This document shows positions 1-9,099 of a stretch of DNA of 64,000 nt, piece after piece (the first letter of the stretch is position 1; the number at the start of each line of letters is the position of its first letter). The DNA lies in the IMG/VR virus record IMGVR_UViG_3300037471_001733, positions 22,201 to 86,200 of that record; one strand, given 5' to 3'. A model generated the notes under the pieces. It was not told the origin of the DNA, ran no database searches, and saw only the letters and a program-made list of their open reading frames with translations. Source of the DNA: a virus (taxonomy: Duplodnaviria; Heunggongvirae; Uroviricota; Caudoviricetes). The translations under genes and the position numbers were made by a program.

Positions 1-110
1 ACGCCGCCGGCAGGAACTGCCCACGACATGACAGGGAAAAGCACCTGCGCGGGGGCATCGCCGGCACCCTCAATGGATACAGGGCCGACAACAACGGCTT
101 GAAGGGTCAT
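1..110 (-). CDS. hypothetical phage structural protein, N-terminal part only (gene continues left of window)
   Basis: ATG at 110 on minus strand directly downstream of the 117..650 gene, open to window edge; co-oriented with morphogenesis operon. Confidence 0.3.
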   Translation of the reverse strand, partial: MTLQAVVVGPVSIEGAGDAPAQVLFPVMSWAVPAGG

Positions 111-116
111 GGCTGC

Positions 117-650
117 TCAGCTAATTGATGCGACCGTGCCGTCGCTGTTGTAGGTCCACGTCTGCAGCGTCACGCTGCCGCTCGTGACGGTGGAGACTTT
201 CTTTTTGCCGTTAACGGTGGTGTAGTTGACCGTGTAGGTCACGCCGTTGACGGTGTACGTCGCAACGGATTTGTCCGAGTTGTACGTATAGGTTGCGCCG
301 CTATTGATGATCCCCAGCAGCTTCAAATCGGCGGCATTGGTCGTCACCGAGAACCGCTTGGTGCCAGCTGAGAAATTGACCGGCAGCGTGGCGCTGCTAC
401 CGGACTGAGGCGATGTGCGCTCAAACGTATCGCCGCCGAGATACGTTCCCTCGCCGGTCTCCCACTGTCCGGTCGGCTGGTAGTTGGCATCCACGGCCTC
501 ATAGCGGTACGGGATGCGCGCGTTTACCGCAGCAACCGATTGCAGCGTGCGACGGCCCGGGAAAGGCGTCGTGGGGGACAGCGTGACGTTGCCAGTGCCG
601 GTACTTGTGCTCGTCTGAGCCACCGCGTCATGGAATTCCTTGATCGGCAT
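117..650 (-). CDS. Thr/Ser/Gly-rich structural protein (neck/tail-proximal component)
   Basis: 177 aa ORF immediately after head-closure gene; beta-rich T/S/N/G composition typical of virion proteins. Confidence 0.45.
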   Translation of the reverse strand: MPIKEFHDAVAQTSTSTGTGNVTLSPTTPFPGRRTLQSVAAVNARIPYRYEAVDANYQPTGQWETGEGTYLGGDTFERTSPQSGSSATLPVNFSAGTKRFSVTTNAADLKLLGIINSGATYTYNSDKSVATYTVNGVTYTVNYTTVNGKKKVSTVTSGSVTLQTWTYNSDGTVASIS

Positions 651-654
651 GTGT

Positions 655-1017
655 TCAGCTCTTCAGGTTCGTGTTCTCACAAGCCAGGTCGATGAACGCC
701 CTGTCGGAAGTCGGCATGACGGCGCGGATGTCGTAAGGCCTGCCGTCAATGAGCAATCGCATCCCGGCGTCAATACCGGTGCGATGTCGGATGCGCACGG
801 ACGCGCGCACCGTGGAGAGATCTGCGCCGCCCTTCACAGCCTCAAGGCCGTTGACGTGACGCACGTCAGCCCAAAGCCGCGCGATCTCGGTCCAATCGCC
901 GACGACCTCCTGGCCGAAGTCGTCCTTTCCGCTGGGACGCTGTTGCAACGTCACCCGGAAGTTGAAGGCGCCGGCACCCATTAGCCGTAGACCTTGAATG
1001 GTTCCAGCAGTCCGCAC
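655..1017 (-). CDS. head closure / head-tail joining protein (Phage_H_T_join-like)
   Basis: 120 aa; size, position after connector and motif pattern (W..I..LWA.V....G.E.......ST....R.R.R) resemble HK97 gp7/SPP1 gp16-type head-tail joining proteins. Confidence 0.55.
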   Translation of the reverse strand: MRTAGTIQGLRLMGAGAFNFRVTLQQRPSGKDDFGQEVVGDWTEIARLWADVRHVNGLEAVKGGADLSTVRASVRIRHRTGIDAGMRLLIDGRPYDIRAVMPTSDRAFIDLACENTNLKS

Positions 1018-1550
1018 AGATACGGCAGCGCCGTCATCTGCTTGCCTGCAACAGCCTCACGGTTCGCATAGAAGGCGCCGACGTGCAGCAAGATCCACTG
1101 TCGAATGGACTGCGGCACATCTGCGGGGCTGGACCCGAAACCGGCGACGTAGCGCACGCGCACCGTGTTGATTTCGGCGCGCGTCGTCGGCCATGCCTTC
1201 TCGAAGGCTGGCACTAGGTATGCCGGCGACACGTCGTTGCTGTTGTCTAGAACGTAGTCCGCAGGGTCCAGCGTGGCTAGCACGCCGTCCTCATCCACGT
1301 ACTGCAGCGACTCGACGCCCAGCACCCTGGGCCACTCCAGGCGCAGCGCCTCGCCGAATGCGTCCGTCGTCATCTGCCACGTTGTGCTGATGAGCGTGCG
1401 CTGCATCTGGCCTTCGGCAAGTTGCCGAGCGGCGGTTATGAGGCCGCCTATCAGCAAGTCCTCTTCGTCGTGATCGACTCGAAGGTGCAGCTTTGCCTCT
1501 GCGACGCTCACCGGTTCGGTGGTCGCATCCACGAGCTTTACGGTTGACAT
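981..1550 (-). CDS. gp6-like head-tail connector (Phage_connect_1 family)
   Basis: 189 aa; N-terminal 'AEAKLHLRVDHDEEDLLIGGLITAARQLAEGQMQRTLI' is the hallmark of HK97 gp6-like connector proteins. Confidence 0.6.
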   Translation of the reverse strand: MSTVKLVDATTEPVSVAEAKLHLRVDHDEEDLLIGGLITAARQLAEGQMQRTLISTTWQMTTDAFGEALRLEWPRVLGVESLQYVDEDGVLATLDPADYVLDNSNDVSPAYLVPAFEKAWPTTRAEINTVRVRYVAGFGSSPADVPQSIRQWILLHVGAFYANREAVAGKQMTALPYLCGLLEPFKVYG

Positions 1551-1553
1551 GCG

Positions 1554-3239
1554 CTACCTTCTTGGACGCTTCGTGTCGTTCAGACGTGGCGCGAAGCCGC
1601 TGCCGCTCGGAGCGCGGCGATATACCTGCGTCGTGTAGACATAAGCCGACAGTGCCGACTGCTGCGTCGCAGCACGCACTACCACTGCACTCAGAGGCGC
1701 CGAGGCAGAGGCTGCATTGACCACGACGGCCGTGACCGGAACGCTGGCGTTCTGAGCAACCTGCACGATCGTGCTCAGGTCTATCGACGTGCTCACGGGG
1801 TGGCTGGCGTCGATGTAGGCGCTCAGGCCAGAAACAGCCTCTGGCTGGCTCAGAACCCCGACACTGAGACCCGCGCTGCGGGTCATGGTGTCAAGCACCG
1901 CAGCACTGACATCAGCAGCCGCCGTGACGCTGACGGCCTCCATGACCATCAGCGACAAGCCGGCCTGCGTCGACTGTGCCGCCGCGATCACGACGTCAAG
2001 CGCCGTCTCCACCGCCTGCTCAACACTCAGTGCCGCACTCAGCGCGGCCTCGACGGCTTGGGTGACCGATACAGGAACTGACAGCTCTGCCTGGAGCAGC
2101 ATCGGCACGTTGATGCAGACATCCAGCGCTGCCGACGTGACCGGCTGATCAAGAACCGCTACCGAGACCTCGGCAAAAGCTTCAACGGGCGTTTCAATCG
2201 CCGCCGACATCTCCACCGTCAACTCGGGGATGGAGTGGATCTGCAGCGACAGATCGGCCGCTAGGGTGTTGCTGAAGAGCACACCGACGCTGAAGGGGAA
2301 ACTTACCTCCGCGTTGGACACCCGGCTGAAAACCGGCATGCCAACCTGCTCGTGCGCGTAAGTCGCCGCCCAGCCGATGTCGGCCGACCAGGCCAGCGGC
2401 AGCCCTTCGTCATAGAACGGGGTGCCAGGCGTCTGCGGCGGCACCGCACCGAGGCCGCCGAGTTCCAGCACTGCGAGACTGCGGAAGCCGGCGTCCTGTC
2501 GGATGTAGACGCTCAGCCCAGTGTTGGCTGAACGCGCCTCCAGCACTGCTGCGGACAACAGCACCTCTGCCGAGCGCGGCTCGTACACGCTGACCGACAG
2601 CGCTGCATCCAGCGAGGCGCTGCGCTGGTTGAACGCCGGCTGCACACCAAGGGGCTGGTATGCATAGATCGCCGACCAGCCGATGTCCGAGGCCCACGCT
2701 TGCGGAAGGCCCTCATCGTTGGCCGGAACCCGCGGCGTCTGCGGCGGCGCTGCTGAGATGCCGCCGGCTTCAAGTAGCGCCAGGCCGCGGAAACCGCTGG
2801 CCGTGGTGACGATCTGCGCGCTCAGTTCGGCGCTGTTCGTGCGCGCGGCCTGCACCGGCGCCGACAGCGGCGCCGACACAGAGCCGGCCTGCTGGACCGC
2901 TACGGACAGCGCCGCATCAGCCTTGGAGACCGGGACGCTGATTGCGCTAAGGCCGCCAGCCTCCAGCAACGCCAGGCCACGGAAACCGCCTTGCCGAATG
3001 TAGACGCTCAGCGGCGCGCTGAGGGTCACGCCCGTGCGCGGCGCGCTGATGCCGCCCAGCTCCAACAGCGCAACACTGCGCCAGCCGCCGTCCAGACGTA
3101 CCAGCGCGCTCAGCGGCGCGCTGGCCGTGGGCTTTGTGCTGACGGCTACCGAGAGCCCAGCCGAGGTGGTGCGCCCGGGGCCGAGCGCACTGACGCCACC
3201 CAGCTCTGGTAGCGCCAGCGAGCGAAAACCGCCCGCCAC
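1554..3239 (-). CDS. 561-aa tandem-repeat protein (repeat unit F-R-x-L-A-L-L-E-x-G-G-x-S-A ... DEGLPxAW..DIGW), unknown function
   Basis: continuous ORF with at least 5 copies of the FRxLALLExGG motif and two longer ~110-aa repeats; Ala/Ser/Val/Gly-rich. Confidence 0.5.
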   Translation of the reverse strand: MAGGFRSLALPELGGVSALGPGRTTSAGLSVAVSTKPTASAPLSALVRLDGGWRSVALLELGGISAPRTGVTLSAPLSVYIRQGGFRGLALLEAGGLSAISVPVSKADAALSVAVQQAGSVSAPLSAPVQAARTNSAELSAQIVTTASGFRGLALLEAGGISAAPPQTPRVPANDEGLPQAWASDIGWSAIYAYQPLGVQPAFNQRSASLDAALSVSVYEPRSAEVLLSAAVLEARSANTGLSVYIRQDAGFRSLAVLELGGLGAVPPQTPGTPFYDEGLPLAWSADIGWAATYAHEQVGMPVFSRVSNAEVSFPFSVGVLFSNTLAADLSLQIHSIPELTVEMSAAIETPVEAFAEVSVAVLDQPVTSAALDVCINVPMLLQAELSVPVSVTQAVEAALSAALSVEQAVETALDVVIAAAQSTQAGLSLMVMEAVSVTAAADVSAAVLDTMTRSAGLSVGVLSQPEAVSGLSAYIDASHPVSTSIDLSTIVQVAQNASVPVTAVVVNAASASAPLSAVVVRAATQQSALSAYVYTTQVYRRAPSGSGFAPRLNDTKRPRR

Positions 3240-3250
3240 AGTGGGCTACC

Positions 3251-3727
3251 TCAGGCGGCGCCGACGATGGGCACGGCCGCCGCGTCGGTGGTCAACGTCT
3301 GGGTGTACTGAGTCGTGGAGCCATCGGTCTTCTTGACCGTCAGCGTCGCGCCGGAAATGCTGAAGTCAGCGCGCAGGCCGGTGGTCTCAAGCCACTCGGT
3401 GCCTCCCACCAAGCTCTCGTACACGTTCGACGGAACGACCATGTAGTCATGCCACACGGGCAGCGCACCGGTTTCGTTCACTGCCACGCGCAAGCGGCCG
3501 AGAGTACCGGTGTCGGTGGCATTGATGGCCACGCTGTAGTAGCCGTTCTCCATGTGCGTTGCGGTAGTCGTTTCCGACTTTTGCGCGAAGGCTGCGGCGT
3601 TCTTGGACAGGCGGATCTTTGCTTGAGTCAGCGACAGAGCAGTCTCGGCCGTGAAACCATCGGTGCTGTCAACAAACGGACCGAGCACCAGCGTGGCGGC
3701 CGTGGATTGCTTGAGAAGAGTGCTCAT
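3251..3727 (-). CDS. hypothetical virion-associated protein
   Basis: 158 aa ORF, 4-nt overlap with upstream gene, T/A/S-rich. Confidence 0.4.
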   Translation of the reverse strand: MSTLLKQSTAATLVLGPFVDSTDGFTAETALSLTQAKIRLSKNAAAFAQKSETTTATHMENGYYSVAINATDTGTLGRLRVAVNETGALPVWHDYMVVPSNVYESLVGGTEWLETTGLRADFSISGATLTVKKTDGSTTQYTQTLTTDAAAVPIVGAA

Positions 3728-4455
3728 TGCGCGGACCTCAGTCGGAATTGATGCATGGAACGAGGGGCCTGTGACTGGCTGCTGCCGGAGCCGAGAACTT
3801 CGATGGCGGCCAGCGTCCAGGTCTGTGAAGCGGGGGCCGTCATGCCAATCGCGTAGGTGCCAGTGGCGCCTGAATCGGCGTGGTAGCCGTGGTACACGCA
3901 GTACTCGTTGGCCAGTGTGTCGTTGTTCTGCGCAACGGCAGCAGTGCGCTGCGTGAACGTCCCGGCATTGCTGCGGTATGTCTGCGATGTCAACGCAGTG
4001 GCCGCACGGTCGCCGATGAACATCACCGCCGCCGAGTTGGCCCCGGTGGTCGTCAAGTTGACGGACGGAGCCGTGCCGGTACCGGAGCCAGAGACAACGG
4101 CACCGACGCCGCCAGCACTGCGGAACTGGTACGCCGTCGCGCCGAACACGATGCCATCGTCTCCTTCAGTGCCAGCGCCGCGCGAGACCGAGATCGTCAC
4201 GGACGCTGCCGTGGACGCAGTGGCGGTCCAGATGTAGAGCTCAGCGTGCGACGAGTCGACCGCGACGTCCGCGCGTTGCGTGTACGTGTTCGTCGCGCTG
4301 TCGCTAACGACTAGGCCGTCAATGTGCGATTTCAGGGTGCCAATGACGACGATCAGGTCGCCAACCTGCGTCGTGAGCGACATGGTCAGCGCGCTGCCGA
4401 AGGCCTGGGCCCATGTGCTCGTGTTTACGCTGGTGACAAAGGTTGGTGCTGCCAT
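3724..4455 (-). CDS. hypothetical Thr/Ser/Ala-rich protein
   Basis: 243 aa ORF tightly packed in operon. Confidence 0.45.
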   Translation of the reverse strand: MAAPTFVTSVNTSTWAQAFGSALTMSLTTQVGDLIVVIGTLKSHIDGLVVSDSATNTYTQRADVAVDSSHAELYIWTATASTAASVTISVSRGAGTEGDDGIVFGATAYQFRSAGGVGAVVSGSGTGTAPSVNLTTTGANSAAVMFIGDRAATALTSQTYRSNAGTFTQRTAAVAQNNDTLANEYCVYHGYHADSGATGTYAIGMTAPASQTWTLAAIEVLGSGSSQSQAPRSMHQFRLRSAQ

Positions 4456-4457
4456 GG

Positions 4458-5933
4458 TCAGGTTCTCTGGTAAGCGCCGCGGGTCCAGTTGCCAGCCACG
4501 CGCGGGACGCCATCCATGTCGATGTCGTACGGCGCCGCCAAGTCGATGCCGGCCGCAAAGCTGGCGGTGCTGGCGATGTGGTAATCGGCGCCGGCGTAGT
4601 TCTTGAAGATGGACGTCGGCACGCTGAAAATTGCGTTCGTTCCGGAGCCGCTGTAACTCGTGTTCGAAAACGCGTTATGCGACACCACTGAACCGCTTCC
4701 GGCCGTGATGGAGCCGCCGCTACCGATCCAGAGGTTGTTGCGCACGGTGTTGCCGCTGCCGTCCGGGAACTGGATGCCGGCGTTTCCTTCGAGGCCGCGG
4801 ATGAACGTGTTGTTGACGATCACGCAGCCAGTGCCGTTGCCGCCGTTGGTCGGGTTGCCCAGGAAGCCGATGGCGGCATCGCCGACATAGAACGTGTCGA
4901 AGACATTGCCGTACACGAAGATCGCGGGCTTGCGGCTCTGCGAGCGGTTGACGGCCACGGCGATGAGCGCGGTGCCGCCGAGCCCAGACTGGTAGCTGTT
5001 GCGCCAGACGTTGTGCCGAATGACGGTGTCGAACACCGAGAAATACACGTTGACGATTTCGCCGTGGTGCGTGCCGTTGCTCCACGCGTTCTCGCAGGCG
5101 TTGTATTCGATCACGCAGCCATCGGTCTGACGGATGAAGAAGACGTTGCTGCTGCGGTTTATGTAGTTGCGACTGAAGACGATTCCCGTACCCTGAATGT
5201 CGTTCGAGTCTGTATCGAACGTGTACGGCCGGTAGTTGCTGTCGGTCTGCGGGCCAATGCCGTAGCAGTAGCAGCGCGTGATGGTGACGTTGTTGACGGC
5301 TGTGCCGCCGAAGCGGATGTTCTGGCCGCGGGCGTTGCCGCCGGGGCCGGTGGTCGTTCCGTTGCCGCCGGACGTCGAGTGGTCGATGCGGATGCCGTAG
5401 CTGTCGCCGTCGAACCAGTTCAACTCGTTGCGCGTGCCGCCGTCAATGATCCAGTTGCTCGTGTTGATGGTGATCGGTTCGAGCTGGCTGGTGAAGTACG
5501 CCTGGCCGGTGCCGAAGGAATCTGACCAGCCCTGGTTGGTGCCGTGATCCGAGATAGTGGCCTTCTTGATCGTGATGTAGAGCGATCCGTTCGTGGCCGT
5601 GCTCAGCGTGCGCGTGGTGTAGGTACCAGACTTCAGGTAGTACGTGAATCCGCGCTGAAAATTGACTGTGCTCCAGGGCGCCACGTTGTTCCAGTCATCC
5701 CCGGATTGGTCACCAGAGGGCAGCGGACCAACGTACTTGGCATTCGTCGGCGCCTGCGCCTGCTGATCGATCTGCATTGACAGGCCGGCAGATAGAAGCC
5801 GCTGGTACCGCAATGCGAGGGAAAGCGGGCCCGACGCAATGGCGGACGCCGGCTGCGCAAACGACTCCGATGGTCGCTTGCGCTGCGGTCGCCCCATGCC
5901 GGCGCGCACTGCAATGGGCCTGCTGTACGCCAT
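4458..5933 (-). CDS. right-handed parallel beta-helix (pectate-lyase fold) protein, tailspike/depolymerase-like
   Basis: 491 aa; repeated N-x-x-I/V-x-x-N and NNxF/NNxW coils (GNVFDT.., CVIVNNTFIRG.., GNTVRNNLWIG.., VVSHNAFSN..) characteristic of pectin-lyase-fold beta-helix repeats. Confidence 0.6.
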   Translation of the reverse strand: MAYSRPIAVRAGMGRPQRKRPSESFAQPASAIASGPLSLALRYQRLLSAGLSMQIDQQAQAPTNAKYVGPLPSGDQSGDDWNNVAPWSTVNFQRGFTYYLKSGTYTTRTLSTATNGSLYITIKKATISDHGTNQGWSDSFGTGQAYFTSQLEPITINTSNWIIDGGTRNELNWFDGDSYGIRIDHSTSGGNGTTTGPGGNARGQNIRFGGTAVNNVTITRCYCYGIGPQTDSNYRPYTFDTDSNDIQGTGIVFSRNYINRSSNVFFIRQTDGCVIEYNACENAWSNGTHHGEIVNVYFSVFDTVIRHNVWRNSYQSGLGGTALIAVAVNRSQSRKPAIFVYGNVFDTFYVGDAAIGFLGNPTNGGNGTGCVIVNNTFIRGLEGNAGIQFPDGSGNTVRNNLWIGSGGSITAGSGSVVSHNAFSNTSYSGSGTNAIFSVPTSIFKNYAGADYHIASTASFAAGIDLAAPYDIDMDGVPRVAGNWTRGAYQRT

Positions 5934-5936
5934 GAC

Positions 5937-6380
5937 TCAGCCGTCGATCTCTTCGATCGCCAGGTTGATCGTCACGTTGCCCGTGCCGCTGGCACTGCGG
6001 ATGCTGACCTGGCCGCTGACAGGCACCGGGAACTCCCAGCCGGGCGCGGCGACGTACTTGTCGATGCCGCCGTTGGCGTTGGGGCCCATGCGCCACAGGA
6101 TTGCGCCGTCCAGCGTCGGGGCTGCGGCCCAGGTCGTATAGACGCTGAAGGACGCCGCTGCGCTGGACGGGTTCAGCTTGCTGGGCGTGATCGCGCCGCC
6201 GGGCGTCGTGCCTCCGGAACTGCGCTGCACCAGGATTTCGTTGACGGCCGATGCCGTGTCCATCCCTTTGATGTCGATGACGGTGATGCGCAACGGCTTG
6301 GTGGAACTGGCGACGATGGTGAGCAGGTCGGCCGTCGTGCTGAGCGTGGTGCGGGCACGCGAAACTGAGAAGAGAGGCAT
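5937..6380 (-). CDS. hypothetical structural protein
   Basis: 147 aa ORF, 4-nt overlap with the beta-helix gene, S/T/G-rich. Confidence 0.45.
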   Translation of the reverse strand: MPLFSVSRARTTLSTTADLLTIVASSTKPLRITVIDIKGMDTASAVNEILVQRSSGGTTPGGAITPSKLNPSSAAASFSVYTTWAAAPTLDGAILWRMGPNANGGIDKYVAAPGWEFPVPVSGQVSIRSASGTGNVTINLAIEEIDG

Positions 6381-6398
6381 TGCAGGTTCTCCAGAAGA

Positions 6399-6650
6399 TC
6401 AGGGCTGCAGGTCCTGGCGAGACACCACGACCGCCCCGCTTGCGCTATCCACGTAGACACGCACGCCGGCCAGTTCGACCACGACCCACTCGACGTTCGA
6501 CTGAGCCTCCGTCCCGACATCCCTGATGCCGCGGCGGCGGAAGATCGCGCCTTCGGTGTCATGGAGCGCGACACGGACGGAGCCGTTGGACGCTGCGCGC
6601 ATGCCGCTCTGTGCGTCTGCGTCGATTTCGAAGGGGATGGGCTGGGTCAT
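6399..6650 (-). CDS. small hypothetical protein
   Basis: 83 aa ORF between terminator hairpin and the 147 aa gene. Confidence 0.35.
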   Translation of the reverse strand: MTQPIPFEIDADAQSGMRAASNGSVRVALHDTEGAIFRRRGIRDVGTEAQSNVEWVVVELAGVRVYVDSASGAVVVSRQDLQP

Positions 6651-6663
6651 GAGGTGTTGGCGC

Positions 6664-6686
6664 GAAAAAGCCGCCTCGTGGGCGGC
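6664..6686 (-). terminator. rho-independent terminator-like hairpin (GCCGCC-CACGA-GGCGGC + U-run) after the 162-aa gene
   Basis: perfect 6-bp GC stem, T-run on minus strand (A-run 6665-6669 on plus). Confidence 0.5.
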
Positions 6687-6727
6687 TTGTTAGGTGATCC
6701 GTATCTGAGAGCGCTATTAGTTGCGCC

Positions 6728-7216
6728 TCAGACTTCATCCCAGGAAAAGTAGACGCTGTCACCTTGCGCGAGGCCGCCCGTCGCAGTCGACTGCACTTCG
6801 CACATCAGGACCAAGTGGTCGCCCTTTTCGCCAGTGCTCGTGTACGGGCCGGCGCCAAGACTCAGCGCGGAGCCGGACGTGTAGCCAAAGAAGTTGTTGT
6901 AGCCGGTGGTAGCCGTGGCCTCGGCCGGCGTGGCGTAGGTGGTCACGGCCTTTGCCCACAGCAGAACACCGGTGCCCAGGCTGTTGGTGCCGTCGGAGTA
7001 CGCCTTGATGCCGGTGATCTGCGAGTACGTGCCGCCGGTCACCTCCAGGCGCAACCACTTCTCATACGAGAAATCGCTGCCGCTGGTCGGCTTGACCATC
7101 GGGTTGTTCAGATCGACGGCGCTGTTGTCCGCATTTTTGAACCGGATGCCACTGGCCGCGTCCGTCGCGGTTGCACCGGCCCCATTTTTTTGCACGATGC
7201 GAGTCGTTGCGGCCAT
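6728..7216 (-). CDS. hypothetical structural protein (possible decoration/fibre subunit)
   Basis: 162 aa ORF with GAGGAGG RBS, bracketed by two terminator hairpins, T/G/A-rich. Confidence 0.5.
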   Translation of the reverse strand: MAATTRIVQKNGAGATATDAASGIRFKNADNSAVDLNNPMVKPTSGSDFSYEKWLRLEVTGGTYSQITGIKAYSDGTNSLGTGVLLWAKAVTTYATPAEATATTGYNNFFGYTSGSALSLGAGPYTSTGEKGDHLVLMCEVQSTATGGLAQGDSVYFSWDEV

Positions 7217-7226
7217 GTGGCCTCCT

Positions 7227-7252
7227 CAAAAAGAAAAGCCGCCCGAAGGCGG
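7227..7252 (-). terminator. rho-independent terminator (GCCGCC-TTCG-GGCGGC + UUUUCUUUUU) after the 145-aa gene
   Basis: GC stem with tetraloop followed by T-rich run on the minus strand. Confidence 0.55.
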
Positions 7253-7276
7253 CTTGATGGTTGCAAGTGAAGCGGC

Positions 7277-7714
7277 TTAGGCCGGCGTGCTAGCCGGGTG
7301 GCCCTTGATCACGTTCACGGCGATGGGCGTGCCAGCGCCGTGGGTGCCGCTGAAATCAGCGGTGACCTTCAGGTAACGGCGTTCGCCGATGTAGGCCACC
7401 TTGGCGACGGTGGCCGCAGCGTGAGCAGCGGTCAGCGAGCGCACGATGCCGCCGGTGCCCACGCTGGAGTCAGCGTTGGTCAGAAGGCGCACGTCATCAC
7501 TGGTCACGGCGGTGTACGTGGTGTCGTCCTTCGAGTGAGTCAGCAGGAACTCGATCTTGTTGGACGTGGTGAACGTGATGCCGCCGACGCCGACACCGAT
7601 GGAGACAACGGCGCTGTCGAAGCCCTTGAGATCAATGGCAGAGGAGGTCGTGTCGCTGGACAGCGTGGCGTTGAGCGCCGGCACGATGGAGATGTTGTTA
7701 GCGAGGTCTCGCAT
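7277..7714 (-). CDS. hypothetical major structural/decoration-like protein
   Basis: 145 aa ORF directly after the major capsid gene and followed by a strong terminator (pattern of a highly expressed gene). Confidence 0.5.
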   Translation of the reverse strand: MRDLANNISIVPALNATLSSDTTSSAIDLKGFDSAVVSIGVGVGGITFTTSNKIEFLLTHSKDDTTYTAVTSDDVRLLTNADSSVGTGGIVRSLTAAHAAATVAKVAYIGERRYLKVTADFSGTHGAGTPIAVNVIKGHPASTPA

Positions 7715-7785
7715 GACAATTCCTTTGGAAGCCTGGGTGAAGAAAGGCCTGTCAGTGCAGGCCTTTTTCAGTGGTCAGTCGTGGA

Positions 7786-9033
7786 TCAGGACGCGGAAAT
7801 TTTGAGCTTCTTCATCGCGTCGCTCTGACGCACGCCGCCACCGACGCGCTTGCGGGCGCGGTACACCACGAGGCCGTTGTCGGCTTCGGTGATGTAATCG
7901 GCCTGGAAGCCCAGGCCGATGCGATCAACGATGGTGTATGCGCGCTTGAAGTCACCCCACAGCACCGGGTAGGCGCTGGCCGCGATGTCCGGAAGGTCAG
8001 GGAACTCAACGTACGGAGCGCCCAAGATCGTGTTCGCCACGGCGTTGGCGAAGCCAGGGGTCCAGAGGTAGTTGCCTTGGCCGTCCTTAAGCTTGCGGAT
8101 GTCACGGATGGTCTTGCGGTTCAGCGCGAACATCGCGTTGGCAGCGTAGGCCGTCTTCAGCTCGAACTGCAGGTTGATCAGGCCGTCAGACGTGATCTTG
8201 GTAGCGTCGCCGCTGACCACCTCACCGATGCCAGAGGCCACCAGCAGGCCCTCCATTTGCTGAGCGGCGGAGCCAACGCCGTTGATGGACTCGGCGCCTT
8301 CCTTCACGGCCATCTGCTCGGCGACTTCCATGCGCAGCTCGCCAAGGAGGTCGTAGTCCGAATCCTCCAACATCTGTTGCGACACGCGGTTGCGCGCGAA
8401 CATTTCCGGGGCCGTGATCTCGCCCATCCCATACTTGGGATCGGTCGTGTCCGTACGGGTCTCGATTTCACCGACGCGCTTGGCGCTGCCGGTGCCGACA
8501 CGCTTGGGCCACTTGTACGAGTGGCCGCCGATAATGCGCACGGTGGCGAGTCGACGGATGGGCGACTGCTCCACGATGTCCTTGAGGATCGCGCGCTCCA
8601 GATCCGGCGGGGCAAGCAGGTAGCCGGCGGACTGGTCGTCGCCCTTCACCAGAGACGCCATGTGCGTCTTGATGACCTGCATGTCCTCCAGCGAGCGGGC
8701 CTCATGGCGGGTGCGCATCACGCGGTTGAACGCGGCTTGCAGCTTGGCGTTCTCGGCGGCGGAGTCGGCAGCGGTGGAGCCGGGGCGCTGCAGCATGGTC
8801 TGGACTTGATCCAGTTGCTCCTGCATGGCCTTCGCAGCATTCTGCTGGGCCAGCAGTTGCTGGTTCATGTTCTCGTAGCGATCCAGCGTATCGCTGATCG
8901 CCTCGACCTTGGCAGTCAGGTCGCCAACGGCCTTGCCGTCAGCCTTGGCCGAGATGAGCTTGTCGTTGTGCTCACGCAGTTGCGTGACGGCTTCCATTAC
9001 TTCCTGGATGCCATCATTGGTGATGTTGGGCAT
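7786..9033 (-). CDS. major capsid protein, HK97 family
   Basis: 415 aa; N-terminal coiled-coil delta-domain then 'SAGYLLAPPDLERAILKDIVEQSPIRRLATV' HK97-fold signature; position after portal/protease. Confidence 0.85.
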   Translation of the reverse strand: MPNITNDGIQEVMEAVTQLREHNDKLISAKADGKAVGDLTAKVEAISDTLDRYENMNQQLLAQQNAAKAMQEQLDQVQTMLQRPGSTAADSAAENAKLQAAFNRVMRTRHEARSLEDMQVIKTHMASLVKGDDQSAGYLLAPPDLERAILKDIVEQSPIRRLATVRIIGGHSYKWPKRVGTGSAKRVGEIETRTDTTDPKYGMGEITAPEMFARNRVSQQMLEDSDYDLLGELRMEVAEQMAVKEGAESINGVGSAAQQMEGLLVASGIGEVVSGDATKITSDGLINLQFELKTAYAANAMFALNRKTIRDIRKLKDGQGNYLWTPGFANAVANTILGAPYVEFPDLPDIAASAYPVLWGDFKRAYTIVDRIGLGFQADYITEADNGLVVYRARKRVGGGVRQSDAMKKLKISAS

Positions 9034-9051
9034 TTGGATTCCTACAGACGT

Positions 9052-9074
9052 AAAAAAGCCCGCTCGGGGCGGGC
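9052..9074 (-). other. stable stem-loop (GCCCGC-UCGGG-GCGGGC + U6) between protease and capsid genes, immediately upstream of capsid RBS
   Basis: seen in sequence; attenuator/processing hairpin candidate. Confidence 0.35.
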
Positions 9075-9099
9075 TTCGTTGGGCTTGGGGACGGTTTGG

